Positions 24,350 to 33,665 are shown, counted from the stretch's first letter. The stretch: DNA of 64,000 nt from Candidatus Parcubacteria bacterium (GCA_019347895.1 JAHWKM010000003.1:771-64770); one strand, 5' to 3'. The notes: generated from the sequence alone by a model not told the origin. Program-made: numbers and translations.

Positions 24350-25333
24350 ATGCGAGAACGAAAGGTTAGTTTCTATAGCGAAGGCCACAAACTCACCGGT
24401 ACGGTATACCTGCCGGATGATTACCAGCCTGGCGAGAAACGGCCGGTTATCATCCCGAGTTCCGGCTATCAAGGCTTTAATGAGTTTTATCCCAAGTTGT
24501 TTAGCCGTTACCTTACGGCAGCCGGTTATGTGTGCCTGGGGTTTGATTACCGCGGTTTTGCCGAGAGCGGCGGCCGCAAAGGCCGGGTGATACTCGATGA
24601 GCAAATCCAGGATATCAAAAACGCACTGACGTTTGCTCAGATCCAGGAAGAGACGGATCCCGAACGCATCGGCCTGTTGGGCTGGGGTATGGGCGCCTTT
24701 AACGTCGTCCAGGTCGCCGCGGCCGACAAACGCGTCAAGGCTGTCGCGGCGCTCAACGGTTTTTACAACGGCGAGCGTTGGCTCAAATCAATCCATTCCT
24801 ATCTGCAATGGCACGACATCTTAGAAATGATCGAAGCCGATCGAGTGCGGCGTGTCACAACCGGTAAATCACTACGTACCGACCCTTTTATTCACTATCC
24901 GCTCGACCCGGCCACCAACCGCTACGTCCAAAAAGAGCTGGCTCCTTTGTCTCCGTTTGGCAAAAAAATCGACTTGCAGTTTACCGATTCAATAATGGCC
25001 ATGGACGCCGAGCAAGTGGCGGCGTCTATAGCTCCGAGGCCGCTCTTTATCGGGCACGGCCGGCAGAATTTGCTGCATCCTTGGGAAGAAGCCGCCGCGC
25101 TGTACGAGTCAGCCGCGCAGCCAAAAGAGCTGTATTGGATTGACGGCAAGCACAATGATTTTATGTACTCCGACCACCCGGTCTTCAATGATCTTATCCT
25201 GCGGATGATCGAGTTTTTCCGGATTTTGCAGCAACAGCCGGATGTCCGCAACAAAACGCGCCCCACTCCGTTGCCAGACGAACTATACGCCGGCAACACC
25301 CGGCTGGAGGAGGCTCGCTCAGCCAATCAATGA
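24350..25333 (+). CDS. alpha/beta hydrolase fold protein (nucleophile Ser replaced by Gly)
   Basis: Fold-typical order (VIIPSSGYQG, nucleophile elbow, C-terminal GKHNDF His). The elbow reads GWGMG, not G-x-S-x-G. Confidence 0.65.
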   Translation: MRERKVSFYSEGHKLTGTVYLPDDYQPGEKRPVIIPSSGYQGFNEFYPKLFSRYLTAAGYVCLGFDYRGFAESGGRKGRVILDEQIQDIKNALTFAQIQEETDPERIGLLGWGMGAFNVVQVAAADKRVKAVAALNGFYNGERWLKSIHSYLQWHDILEMIEADRVRRVTTGKSLRTDPFIHYPLDPATNRYVQKELAPLSPFGKKIDLQFTDSIMAMDAEQVAASIAPRPLFIGHGRQNLLHPWEEAAALYESAAQPKELYWIDGKHNDFMYSDHPVFNDLILRMIEFFRILQQQPDVRNKTRPTPLPDELYAGNTRLEEARSANQ

Positions 25334-25372
25334 CCTTAGTATTATTTGCCAAATATCCGACATAAACTATAA

Positions 25373-26053
25373 CTACTTATAATTTAAAATGTGCTCTGAA
25401 ACGATATTAAGGGTAATGTCATTCTTCTCATCTACCTTAAGTTTTGACGGAGAAGCAACGTAATATGACCCATTATATCCAGAGTACGAACAGAGTTTTT
25501 TAAACTTCGCCACGCAAGGAACGCACAATTTGAAGTCAGCTTGCTTGATTAACGGGCTATAGAACTTCTTTGCTCTGCCACAAGAATTGCATTTATCATC
25601 AGCTTTGTTTGCGCGAGCGTTTTCTACAAAGTTATTGGCAGATTCGATCTGCCTTCTAAACTCTACAGCTATTTTGTCGCGTTCAGTTTCTGGCTCACCT
25701 AGAAGCTCATTTTTTAGCTGCTCAAACTCCTCAGAGTCAATCTTGCCCGTAACATACCGTTCAGCAAGCTTTACGCCTGCGCCACGGCCAAAAATCATCA
25801 AGTCGACGGTTATTTCAGCGTCGCGCTTAGCCAGCTTGTCATACGTTGTCTTATCAATCTTTCCTGCTGCGTATTGCTCACTCAGCTTCTGAATCGGTTT
25901 AGAGCGCCGCTCTTCGGCTAAACTTACTTTACGATTAAACTTCTCCTGCAACTCCTGAACTTGTCTCTGCTGTCTTTTCTGCTCGCGTTCGGATGCGCGT
26001 ATTGAGCGATTTACGCTTCCTCTGACCGATCTTAGCGTTCCTTTGTAGCCCAT
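25373..26053 (-). CDS. hypothetical protein with two SHOCT-like motifs and C-terminal Cys4 zinc ribbon
   Basis: YAAGKIDKTTYDKLAKR and YVTGKIDSEEFEQLKNELL. CNSCGRA...CVPC. Confidence 0.45.
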   Translation of the reverse strand: MGYKGTLRSVRGSVNRSIRASEREQKRQQRQVQELQEKFNRKVSLAEERRSKPIQKLSEQYAAGKIDKTTYDKLAKRDAEITVDLMIFGRGAGVKLAERYVTGKIDSEEFEQLKNELLGEPETERDKIAVEFRRQIESANNFVENARANKADDKCNSCGRAKKFYSPLIKQADFKLCVPCVAKFKKLCSYSGYNGSYYVASPSKLKVDEKNDITLNIVSEHILNYK

Positions 26054-26093
26054 TACTTCCTCCTAACGTTCTTAGACATACTATACTTAGTAT

Positions 26094-26852
26094 ATGTCAA
26101 GAATCGAGAGAACTGAAAAGTCAAAACCTATCTCAAGATATGACCGCAAAGATTCTATACGGCTAGCTTGCTACTTATGTGGTTCATCTGACAACTTAGA
26201 TCGTGAGCACGTTTTTCCCAGGGTATTATTCAGGCCGAATGATCTGGAAGATCCTTTGATCCTTAGCGCCTGTAGAAGTTGCAATTCCGCAAAAGCAAGT
26301 AACGAAGAGTATGTATCAGAGCATTTTATGTGGACTACTGAGACTCCGGAGGCGGAAGTCTCCGGAAAGAAGTTTATCGAGGGCGTAAAAAAACGAGTTC
26401 CGCTCGTTATTGGCAAGGAAAAGATCCTTCGTAACGCACGTGCTGCGCGCTTAGCTAAGCTGACTGAAAATATGACAGATGTAACTATAAGGAGTCCGTC
26501 GGGAATAATTTTAGGTGAAGGTGGTCAAATAAAGATTGATTCGAAAAAGTTTAGTGATTTTTATTCAGATATAGCCAAGGGACTATTCGTTGCTGCATCA
26601 GGCTCACATAAAGACTGGTCAGAATACACAATCCACCAGCAATTCGATAGCTTCACTTACGGAAAACACTGGAATAAAGATACTTACCTTCTTCCTTTTC
26701 AGCATTCAGATTTTCGCGAAGAGTGGGACAGACATTTAATCTTCTCGGGATTTGTCCGTACTTTTCCTAGTGGAGTCTCAGCTAGTATGTGGTCGGTAGC
26801 GATTTATAATGAACAGCTCGGCATCGTTGTGTTCAGAACAAAAACTGACTAA
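26094..26852 (+). CDS. HNH endonuclease domain protein with unknown C-terminal domain
   Basis: CYLCGSSDNLDREHVFPRVLF...CRSCNSAKASNEEY (HNH_5-like pattern). Confidence 0.55.
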   Translation: MSRIERTEKSKPISRYDRKDSIRLACYLCGSSDNLDREHVFPRVLFRPNDLEDPLILSACRSCNSAKASNEEYVSEHFMWTTETPEAEVSGKKFIEGVKKRVPLVIGKEKILRNARAARLAKLTENMTDVTIRSPSGIILGEGGQIKIDSKKFSDFYSDIAKGLFVAASGSHKDWSEYTIHQQFDSFTYGKHWNKDTYLLPFQHSDFREEWDRHLIFSGFVRTFPSGVSASMWSVAIYNEQLGIVVFRTKTD

Positions 26853-26980
26853 GCGACACGGGCACAGTTATACTGCGAAAAAACATTAATTCTTGTACCA
26901 ACAGGTTTATAGAACCCCGAGCAAATACTAGACAAATTAAGGTTCTTATGCTACTATTTAAATAGTAATCAAAAACAAAT

Positions 26981-27799
26981 ATGACCAGTGAAACTGATTT
27001 ACCAACACAAAGCACCCCTAGTCTAGTAGAGCAATTAGGCACGAGCCAAGTTATGTTAGTAAATACAAAACATAATGCGCCTTGGCCGTTTGCGGAGTAT
27101 AACCCACGTTTAAATGAGCAAAGTAACATTATGGCCAGAGCAATGGGTAGTGAAGCTATAAAAGCGTTTAAATTACACGAGGAACCTACTGACCCAAACG
27201 TAGTGAACACTTTTAACGCGCTTGCACAAGATAGACCTGCCTACGTACCTGTTGAAGCTGAAGAATTAACCCAAAAGCTACAAGACGCAAGTGAAGCATT
27301 TGGCGCAGATAGTGCGGGTATGATTGTAAAAACTAATGCACTACGTAGACCTATGTTTGGTACGGAGTTCAGCTATTTTAATACTTTTGCAGCCTTACAA
27401 ATTAAAAGTAAACCATATAGATTATTAGCTAAAGAAGGCACTGCTGACATAGAGACGATTGAAAGAGCATTTAGTTTGCTTGCACCGCCCTCGTCAGTAG
27501 CAACGGCTAACGGTAACACTTATGCAGCGGTAGAATTTGTAGAAAAAGCAGAACACCCTACTAGCCTTACAGAGGATGAGTTAGCTGATTGGACAAACAG
27601 ATTTAAGCAAGCTAACGTTGATATTGGTTTAGATATTGGTGATGACGATGTAATCCTGGATAATTTTGTGCGACATAATGGCAAGCTATACTGGTGTGAT
27701 GGTAACCTAATGGGTGCCAAACAACTTGCGCTTGAAAAAGCAGCTGATTACTTTGCCCAATGGCAAGCAAAGTTAGAAAAATTTGTTGAAACTATATAA
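26981..27799 (+). CDS. hypothetical protein
   Basis: 272-aa ORF with no motif I can assign. C-terminal VILDNFVRHNGKLYWCDGN is vaguely kinase-like. Confidence 0.45.
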   Translation: MTSETDLPTQSTPSLVEQLGTSQVMLVNTKHNAPWPFAEYNPRLNEQSNIMARAMGSEAIKAFKLHEEPTDPNVVNTFNALAQDRPAYVPVEAEELTQKLQDASEAFGADSAGMIVKTNALRRPMFGTEFSYFNTFAALQIKSKPYRLLAKEGTADIETIERAFSLLAPPSSVATANGNTYAAVEFVEKAEHPTSLTEDELADWTNRFKQANVDIGLDIGDDDVILDNFVRHNGKLYWCDGNLMGAKQLALEKAADYFAQWQAKLEKFVETI

Positions 27800-27829
27800 A
27801 AAAAGCCTGGAAAAATCTAGGCCTTTTTC
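27800..27829. terminator. bidirectional terminator
   Basis: AAAAAA-GCCTGG-AAAAAT-CTAGGC-CTTTTT. It terminates the plus-strand CDS and the minus-strand Pro satellite element. Confidence 0.5.
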
Positions 27830-27830
27830 A

Positions 27831-27976
27831 TGGTCGGGGTGAGAGGACTTGCCCACGTTCCGCGGGCCCGAAACTTCATCTTTGAAAACAAGTTTTCAAG
27901 AGAAGATTTCCTTGCGACCCGCCCTGGCGGGTCTCACCTCCGACCTTTTTAGCGTCGGAGATTCAAATCTCGACCA
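27831..27976 (-). ncRNA. class-1 tRNA-satellite element (Pro-UGG type), ends in CCA
   Basis: Minus strand reads TGGTCGAGATTTGAATCTCCGACGCT-AAAA-AGGTCGGAGGT|GAGACCCGCCAGGGCGGGTCGCAAGGAAATC...AGTTTCGGGCCCGCGGAACGTGGG|CAAGTCCTCTCACCCCGACCA. Confidence 0.5.
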
Positions 27977-28009
27977 AAATAAAAACTGCCGAAAAGGCAG
28001 TTCATATTT
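27977..28009 (-). terminator. palindromic terminator hairpin after tRNA-Pro
   Basis: Minus strand reads (GACC)AAAATATGAA-CTGCC-TTTTC-GGCAG-TTTTTATTTT(GGTC). Confidence 0.5.
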
Positions 28010-28086
28010 TGGTCGGGGTGAGAGGACTTGAACCTCCGACCTTGCGGTCCCAAACCGCACGCGCTAGCCAACTGCGCCACACCCCG
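28010..28086 (-). tRNA. tRNA-Pro (anticodon TGG), CCA encoded
   Basis: Reverse complement CGGGGTGTGGCGCAGTTGGCTAGCGCGTGCGGTTTGGGACCGCAAGGTCGGAGGTTCAAGTCCTCTCACCCCGACCA. TACAAT -10 lies ~16 nt upstream. Confidence 0.9.
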
Positions 28087-28218
28087 ATAAACAAGTTTTA
28101 TTGTAAAGGTTCTAGCCAGGACTTGGTCACCTCCGGCCGCGACATCAAAACTTAAAATACCTAACAGGGGTAATTCTACCATGAATTATTTGAGGCGAGA
28201 AGACTTGCGCTAATCGAT

Positions 28219-29016
28219 TTATTTTATTATACGTTGAATATGCTCGATTGAGCGGGCCAAACCGGTTGTTTCATCGATATCTAACAGCACGGCGTTGAAC
28301 TGGAGAGGACCGGATTGCTCGATTTCATTGCGGCTGGACTTGCCGAATTTCCAGCGCTCGGCAATAACCGGTGTTTTAACCCCAAGAGAGGAGTGCAGCG
28401 TACCGCACATGCCTACATCAGTAATGTGCGCCGTGCCGCCCGGCAATACCATGGCGTCGGCCGTCGGCACATGCCAATGGTCGCCGATAACGGCCGAAGC
28501 CCGGCTGTCAAGGTAGTAGCCGAAAACTCGCTTTTCACTGGAAAAGTCTCCGTGAAAATTTATAATGCTCGCCGCTAGCTGTTGGTTGCTTAACACGTTA
28601 AGTATTTTATCGATTGTTTTTAGAGGATTATCAATTTCAGCCGGATTGCTGCTTACGGTTTGACCTAGTATGCTAGCAAACAAAATATTGCCATGCTTTG
28701 TCTCGACAACCTTCCAACCGCTGCCGATTTCTGTTTTCAGGTTCGCCGGGCGGATGGCCGGCACGTTCGGCTCGGCAAACAACTTCTCAGACTCTTTGCC
28801 CAGCAGGCTATGGTTGCCACCGGTAAAAAAATCTACCCCCGCTTCCTGCAGCTCCCGAATCTCCTTAGGCCCAGCACCCTTGCCCGCATCATCAGCGTTT
28901 TCTACCTGAGCTATTACAAAATCAGGCCCGGGCCGATTTTTGGCATCACCTAAATACTGTATGACGGCCCGTCGGCCCGGCTCCGCCATAACATCTCCGA
29001 TGTAGAGAATTTTCAT
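28219..29016 (-). CDS. ymdB: YmdB-like metallophosphoesterase (2',3'-cyclic-nucleotide phosphodiesterase family)
   Basis: MKILYIGDVMAEPGRRAV N-terminus plus GNH and GDHWH metal motifs. Confidence 0.8.
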   Translation of the reverse strand: MKILYIGDVMAEPGRRAVIQYLGDAKNRPGPDFVIAQVENADDAGKGAGPKEIRELQEAGVDFFTGGNHSLLGKESEKLFAEPNVPAIRPANLKTEIGSGWKVVETKHGNILFASILGQTVSSNPAEIDNPLKTIDKILNVLSNQQLAASIINFHGDFSSEKRVFGYYLDSRASAVIGDHWHVPTADAMVLPGGTAHITDVGMCGTLHSSLGVKTPVIAERWKFGKSSRNEIEQSGPLQFNAVLLDIDETTGLARSIEHIQRIIK

Positions 29017-29050
29017 ATTAAAATTCCCGGTAGTGCGAGAGTAGAAGGCA

Positions 29051-29626
29051 TTACTGCCATTGTAGAATTTTTTTATTAATTATTTCAAGTAGCTCTGGAA
29101 ACTTATCAAATCGCGCATCCAGCCGGAGCTTAAAATGGCCCATTCCTTGCAGTTCAATAAACTCGCCCTGAAGATTTTCGGCTAAATATCGGGCTTGTTC
29201 AATCGGACAGTACGGATCATCCCCGGAATGTACAAAGATAAATTGCTTGGACTTTTTCTTGATCGCCTTAAAATCAAACGGCTCCTCAAACAGCTCCTTA
29301 AGCATTTCCCAGCTTGGGCTCTCAACCAGCCTTTCAGTGAATGCGCCAACAAGGATGGCTGTATTGATCTTTGCCCCCTCCGGCAGAGCTTGCAGCAAGC
29401 CCAAAATTGCCACAGCGCCTGAGGAATGTCCTATAATTACCGAATCGTTAAAATCCCAGCCTTGATTTAAAAGTAAATTATTATATTTTTGAATATTGGG
29501 CCGATGCGCGTCGGGCAAATCCGGTATCCAAACCTCGTGGCCTGATTTTTTCAGCTCTGATCCGAGCCATGGGAACCAATTGCCTTGGCTGCTGGAACTT
29601 GTACCGTGCAAAATCAAAAACTGCAT
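29051..29626 (-). CDS. YdeN/RBBP9-type serine hydrolase
   Basis: ILHGTSSSSQGNWFPWL and nucleophile elbow IIGHSSGA. Confidence 0.6.
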   Translation of the reverse strand: MQFLILHGTSSSSQGNWFPWLGSELKKSGHEVWIPDLPDAHRPNIQKYNNLLLNQGWDFNDSVIIGHSSGAVAILGLLQALPEGAKINTAILVGAFTERLVESPSWEMLKELFEEPFDFKAIKKKSKQFIFVHSGDDPYCPIEQARYLAENLQGEFIELQGMGHFKLRLDARFDKFPELLEIINKKILQWQ

Positions 29627-29631
29627 TAGCG

Positions 29632-29787
29632 CTTAGCGGCCACTGTCTAATATTTTTTGTTCAATCTCGGGATTAATCACCCGTTCGCTTCGCTCGCTAA
29701 AGTCTCTGATAAATATATAGAGTGTACCTGCACAGAATAGCAGCAGGAAAATTCCTATTATTATTTTAAAGTTAGTGCTTGGTTTCA
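29632..29787 (-). CDS. small single-TM protein (51 aa)
   Basis: MKPSTNFKIIIGIFLLLFCAGTLYIFIRDFSERSERVINPEIEQKILDSGR*. Fills the gap between rny and the hydrolase gene. Confidence 0.4.
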
Positions 29788-29812
29788 TGAGTGTTTGGCG
29801 AACCGGGCTCGG

Positions 29813-31327
29813 CTACTTGGCGAATTCAATGGCGCGCGTTTCGCGAATTACGTTGACCTTGATCGTTCCCGGGTATTGCATGGTCGACTCGATTTTGTTG
29901 GCAACGTCGCGGGCCAGTTTGATAGAGCCCAAATCGTCCAGATCAGTTGGCTTTACGAACACCCGTACTTCCCGGCCGGCGCTGATAGCGTAAGCCTTCT
30001 CGACCCCCTTAAATCCGGTAGCCACATTTTCTAAATCTTTCATACGCTCGACGAAGTTTTCCTGGCTGATGTTGCGGGCCCCCGGACGGGCGGCGCTGAT
30101 GGCGTCCACAACTCTCACAACCAGAGCTTCAGTCGTAGTGGCTTCCATGTCATCATGGTGCGCCTCGGCGGCGTGGGCGACTTCTTCTGCTACGCCGTAC
30201 TTGCGGGCAATTTCGCCGGTTATATGATGATGCTTGCCTTCGATTTTATGTGTCAGGGCTTTGCCCATATCATGAATCAAGGCGGCATACTTGGCGGTTT
30301 TTACATCGGCACCAATTTGCTCGGCCAAGACACCGGCCAGATGAGCCATTTCCGTACTGTGTTTTAACACGTTTTGGCCATAACTGGTTCTGAATTTAAG
30401 CTCGCCCAAATACTGCAAAATCTCCTTGGGAATACCGATAATACCTACTTCCCTGGCGGCGTCTTCTCCGGCCCGGACCACTTCCTTTTGAACTTGCTTT
30501 TGAGCTTTTTCGACAACTTCCTCAATCCGGCCCGGATGTACCCGGCCGTCTTTAAGCAGCATTTCCATGGTAATTCTGGCCACTTCGCGGCGCACCGGGT
30601 CAAAAGAACTGAAAACTATCATGCCCGGGGTGTCGTCAACCATGATATCGACGCCGGTAGCCCGTTGCAGCGCCTGGATATTACGGCCCTCTTTGCCTAT
30701 AATCCGGCCTTTCATTTCCTCGTCTTCCAGTTTCATGGCCGTAACGGTGCGCTCGGCCGTAACTTCGCTGGCCATCCGCTCCATAGTCTGGATTAATATA
30801 GTGCCTGAAAGTTCTTCGGCATTTTCTTTGGCATCATTTTGAAGCTTATTGATCAAGCTTTTGAGATCCTGCTTTATATCGCGTTCCGTCATTTCCATTA
30901 ATTTTCCGGCGGCTTCTTGCTTAGTCAGCTTGGCAATCTTTTCCAATTTATCCTGCTGCCGGCCGCGGATTTCGCGAATTTCATTCTTGAGTTTATCCAG
31001 TTCGTCTTCCGCCTTGCGCAAAGATTCGGAGCGCTTATCAAGGACGTCTAATTTTTTATCTAGGGATTCCTCGCGGTCGAGCAAGCGCTTTTCAATATCT
31101 TTGAATTCCCGGCGTCTTGATTGGTCTTCCTTGCGAGCTTCATCAACTAATCCTGCCGCATCTTCCTTGGCTTGGCTGACTAATTTTTCAGCTTCCGCCT
31201 TAGCTTTTTTTAACTCCTTTTGAGCGTTTTCCTCCGCGCTGCCTAATTTCTTTTTGTTTAAGTAGGTACTGACTCCAAAGCCTATCCCAATGCCGGCAAT
31301 AGCCAACAAAATGGTTATCGGATCCAT
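29813..31327 (-). CDS. rny: ribonuclease Y
   Basis: N-terminal TM, coiled coil, KH (GRIIGKEGRNI) and HD domain (LIHDMGK...HH). Start at MDPITILL. Confidence 0.85.
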   Translation of the reverse strand: MDPITILLAIAGIGIGFGVSTYLNKKKLGSAEENAQKELKKAKAEAEKLVSQAKEDAAGLVDEARKEDQSRRREFKDIEKRLLDREESLDKKLDVLDKRSESLRKAEDELDKLKNEIREIRGRQQDKLEKIAKLTKQEAAGKLMEMTERDIKQDLKSLINKLQNDAKENAEELSGTILIQTMERMASEVTAERTVTAMKLEDEEMKGRIIGKEGRNIQALQRATGVDIMVDDTPGMIVFSSFDPVRREVARITMEMLLKDGRVHPGRIEEVVEKAQKQVQKEVVRAGEDAAREVGIIGIPKEILQYLGELKFRTSYGQNVLKHSTEMAHLAGVLAEQIGADVKTAKYAALIHDMGKALTHKIEGKHHHITGEIARKYGVAEEVAHAAEAHHDDMEATTTEALVVRVVDAISAARPGARNISQENFVERMKDLENVATGFKGVEKAYAISAGREVRVFVKPTDLDDLGSIKLARDVANKIESTMQYPGTIKVNVIRETRAIEFAK

Positions 31328-31560
31328 ATAAAACCTTTCCATCGTTTCAGATTAGTGGTTTGACTGTTTGTCGAGCACCCTTTGTTTTATATAACTCGGG
31401 GGTAATCACTTTCACTTCATTAGCTGGCAAATCAGACAAATTCCCAGAAAACTGTTATTTCGATTGATCGTTACAAATTTACTAAACTTAAGGATCATCT
31501 CTTACAATCCCTTAAATTTAATTATAGCTTTTTTTTGCCAGCTAACAAACCGAACCTTAT

Positions 31561-31950
31561 TTATTTTCTAGGAGACGTGACTTTAACTGCCTGGCCATAG
31601 AAGGGCACGTCCATAGGCTTGCCCTTTCCCCGCGCCAGCACTTCAATCGTCCGGTCCGTCCAGTCGTCGCCACTAGCTGCGGAGACGGGAATTTTTAAAC
31701 CGTAAGCCAGAGCGTTAGCCACGCTCACGCCAATCCTAAGACCGGTAAAGCTGCCTGGACCTTGAAATACAATTATTCCTTTTATATCTTGGTATTTTTG
31801 GCCGTTTTTGTTTAATAAATCTTCTATTTTTTGATGTATTTGGCTTGATAAGTTTCTGTGCGCTTCCCAGATATAATAATCAACTTGTTTTTGGCCGTCG
31901 AACAAACCTATCTCGGCTTGCGGTTTATCGGTTCTAATACTTAAGATCAT
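31561..31950 (-). CDS. tsaB: tRNA t6A37 biosynthesis protein TsaB (short form)
   Basis: VFQGPGSFTGLRIGVSVANALAY motif. Confidence 0.7.
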   Translation of the reverse strand: MILSIRTDKPQAEIGLFDGQKQVDYYIWEAHRNLSSQIHQKIEDLLNKNGQKYQDIKGIIVFQGPGSFTGLRIGVSVANALAYGLKIPVSAASGDDWTDRTIEVLARGKGKPMDVPFYGQAVKVTSPRK

Positions 31951-31969
31951 TGCCGTCTACGCGCCGTAA

Positions 31970-32410
31970 TCATTTAGGGTCTCCTGATGGCGGGTCGATT
32001 ATTATGCGCCTGGATTCATCGGGATTGGTTACAATTTTTATTTTGTAACGTTTCCGCGGTAATACATATTCTACAATATCGCTCCACTCAATAACCACGG
32101 CGGCATCCGGCTCCTCCAGTGCTTCTTTAATCTGATGATCTATCAAGCCGGGCTCGTCCAAACGAAACAGATCCATATGATGCAGTTTTATCCGGCCCCT
32201 GTAAGTTTGGAGAATATTAAATGTCGGGCTGGTAGCCGGCCGGTCGCTTTTAATACCGTCCGCCATCCCCCTGACGAAGGTAGTTTTACCCGCGCCGATA
32301 TCACCGGTTATTTCTACCAAATCACGGGGCTTTAAAATCTCGCCAAGTTTTTGTCCGACCATCCGTGTGTCGAATTCGCTTCGGCAGGTTACTTGAATTT
32401 TTTTAATCAT
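31970..32410 (-). CDS. tsaE: tRNA t6A37 biosynthesis ATPase TsaE
   Basis: P-loop GDIGAGKTTFVRG, SPTFNILQTY, HMDLFRL. Confidence 0.75.
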   Translation of the reverse strand: MIKKIQVTCRSEFDTRMVGQKLGEILKPRDLVEITGDIGAGKTTFVRGMADGIKSDRPATSPTFNILQTYRGRIKLHHMDLFRLDEPGLIDHQIKEALEEPDAAVVIEWSDIVEYVLPRKRYKIKIVTNPDESRRIIIDPPSGDPK

Positions 32411-32455
32411 CTTAATTATTATACCCTCCGGGGAAACTTGGTTATAATATTGATA

Positions 32456-32980
32456 ATGCTTAAATTATCAAACGCAATGACTAACATAAGTGTAATGTCG
32501 CTTAGGACCGGCGGCCAGGTTGGGACAGCCGTTCAAATGATAATCAACCCTAACAATTTAAAAATAGAAGGCTGGTACGTGGACGACAGGTTTAGCGGCC
32601 AGCGGCGGATTTTATTAGCGAACGACGTGCGCGACATAGTGCCACAAGGAATAGCCGTAAATGATCAAGAGGTGCTGAGCGAACCGGACGAACTTGTGCG
32701 GCTTAAACCTATTTTGGAGATTAATTTTCAGCTAACGGGCAAGCAAGTTCGCAGTCAAGGCGGAAAAAAATATGGAAAGGTCACGGATTTTGCCGTAGAA
32801 ACATCCGGTTTAATTATCAAGAAAATTTATGCCAGCCAAGCGATTGTCAAAAGCTTGTCCGATGGCAATCTTAGCATTGATAGAACCCAGATTGTCGAAA
32901 TTACAAACACCAGCATAATCATCGAAGACCCGACGGTAGAAGACAGAGTCCCGGCAACCGCGGTGGTCACTGCCCCTTAA
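32456..32980 (+). CDS. PRC-barrel-like domain protein (two repeats), apparently leaderless
   Basis: Start at MLKLSNAM. TATAAT at 32442-32447 lies 8 nt upstream. Pattern SLRTGGQVGTAVQMIINPNNLKIEGWYVDD. Confidence 0.4.
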   Translation: MLKLSNAMTNISVMSLRTGGQVGTAVQMIINPNNLKIEGWYVDDRFSGQRRILLANDVRDIVPQGIAVNDQEVLSEPDELVRLKPILEINFQLTGKQVRSQGGKKYGKVTDFAVETSGLIIKKIYASQAIVKSLSDGNLSIDRTQIVEITNTSIIIEDPTVEDRVPATAVVTAP

Positions 32981-33599
32981 TTGCGGCCAGCGCCGATTTA
33001 ATGTCTCCGTAGTTGTAGCCTTGGCGGGACAGGTAGGCAATGAGTTTTTGGTCGTCTTGGTAGCGCGTTTGGCGGCGTTTTTTGTTTATCTCGGCTTTTA
33101 TGACCTCGATTTCATCGGTTTTGTCGGCGGCCAGAACTTCGTCGACTATCTCATCAACGACTCTTTTTTGCTTAAGTTCTAGCCGTAATTTGCGCTGGCT
33201 GATGTTTTTTAGCAGCCGCCGGCTTTCTACCCAGCGCCGTGCGAAATCAGCATCATTAACAAATCCCTTATCACTTAAGGTATTAATTATTTCCTCAACC
33301 ACATCCTTTGATTTCCAAGGACTGTCCTTGGAAATAGGAATTTTATTGTATAAATAGCTTTCTATTTCCCAGCGGCTTCGGGGCCGGCGGGCTATTAGAG
33401 AGAGAACTTGGTTATAAATCTTGTCGGTTTTGGCTTGTTCTTTCAGTTTTTCTAAGTCAACCTTTGAAATTTCCTGTCCTATTCTCAAGCCAGAATTTAT
33501 AAGCCCCAGCTCGCTAATCCCAAAAGCAAACTTCTCGTCAACAAAAACCGAATACCGTCCCTTTCTCTTAACCTGCGCCTCAATCCTAGTAATCTTCAT
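32967..33599 (-). CDS. recX: RecA regulator RecX
   Basis: Three-repeat helical RecX pattern (VLSLIARRPRSRWEIESYL..., DADFARRWVESR, LIAYLSRQGYNYGDI). Confidence 0.7.
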   Translation of the reverse strand: MKITRIEAQVKRKGRYSVFVDEKFAFGISELGLINSGLRIGQEISKVDLEKLKEQAKTDKIYNQVLSLIARRPRSRWEIESYLYNKIPISKDSPWKSKDVVEEIINTLSDKGFVNDADFARRWVESRRLLKNISQRKLRLELKQKRVVDEIVDEVLAADKTDEIEVIKAEINKKRRQTRYQDDQKLIAYLSRQGYNYGDIKSALAAIKGQ

Positions 33600-33665
33600 A
33601 ACGGTTCGCAATCATTAAGAGATATCATAACACCCGCCAGTAAGTCAGTTTACAGATTGATAGAT

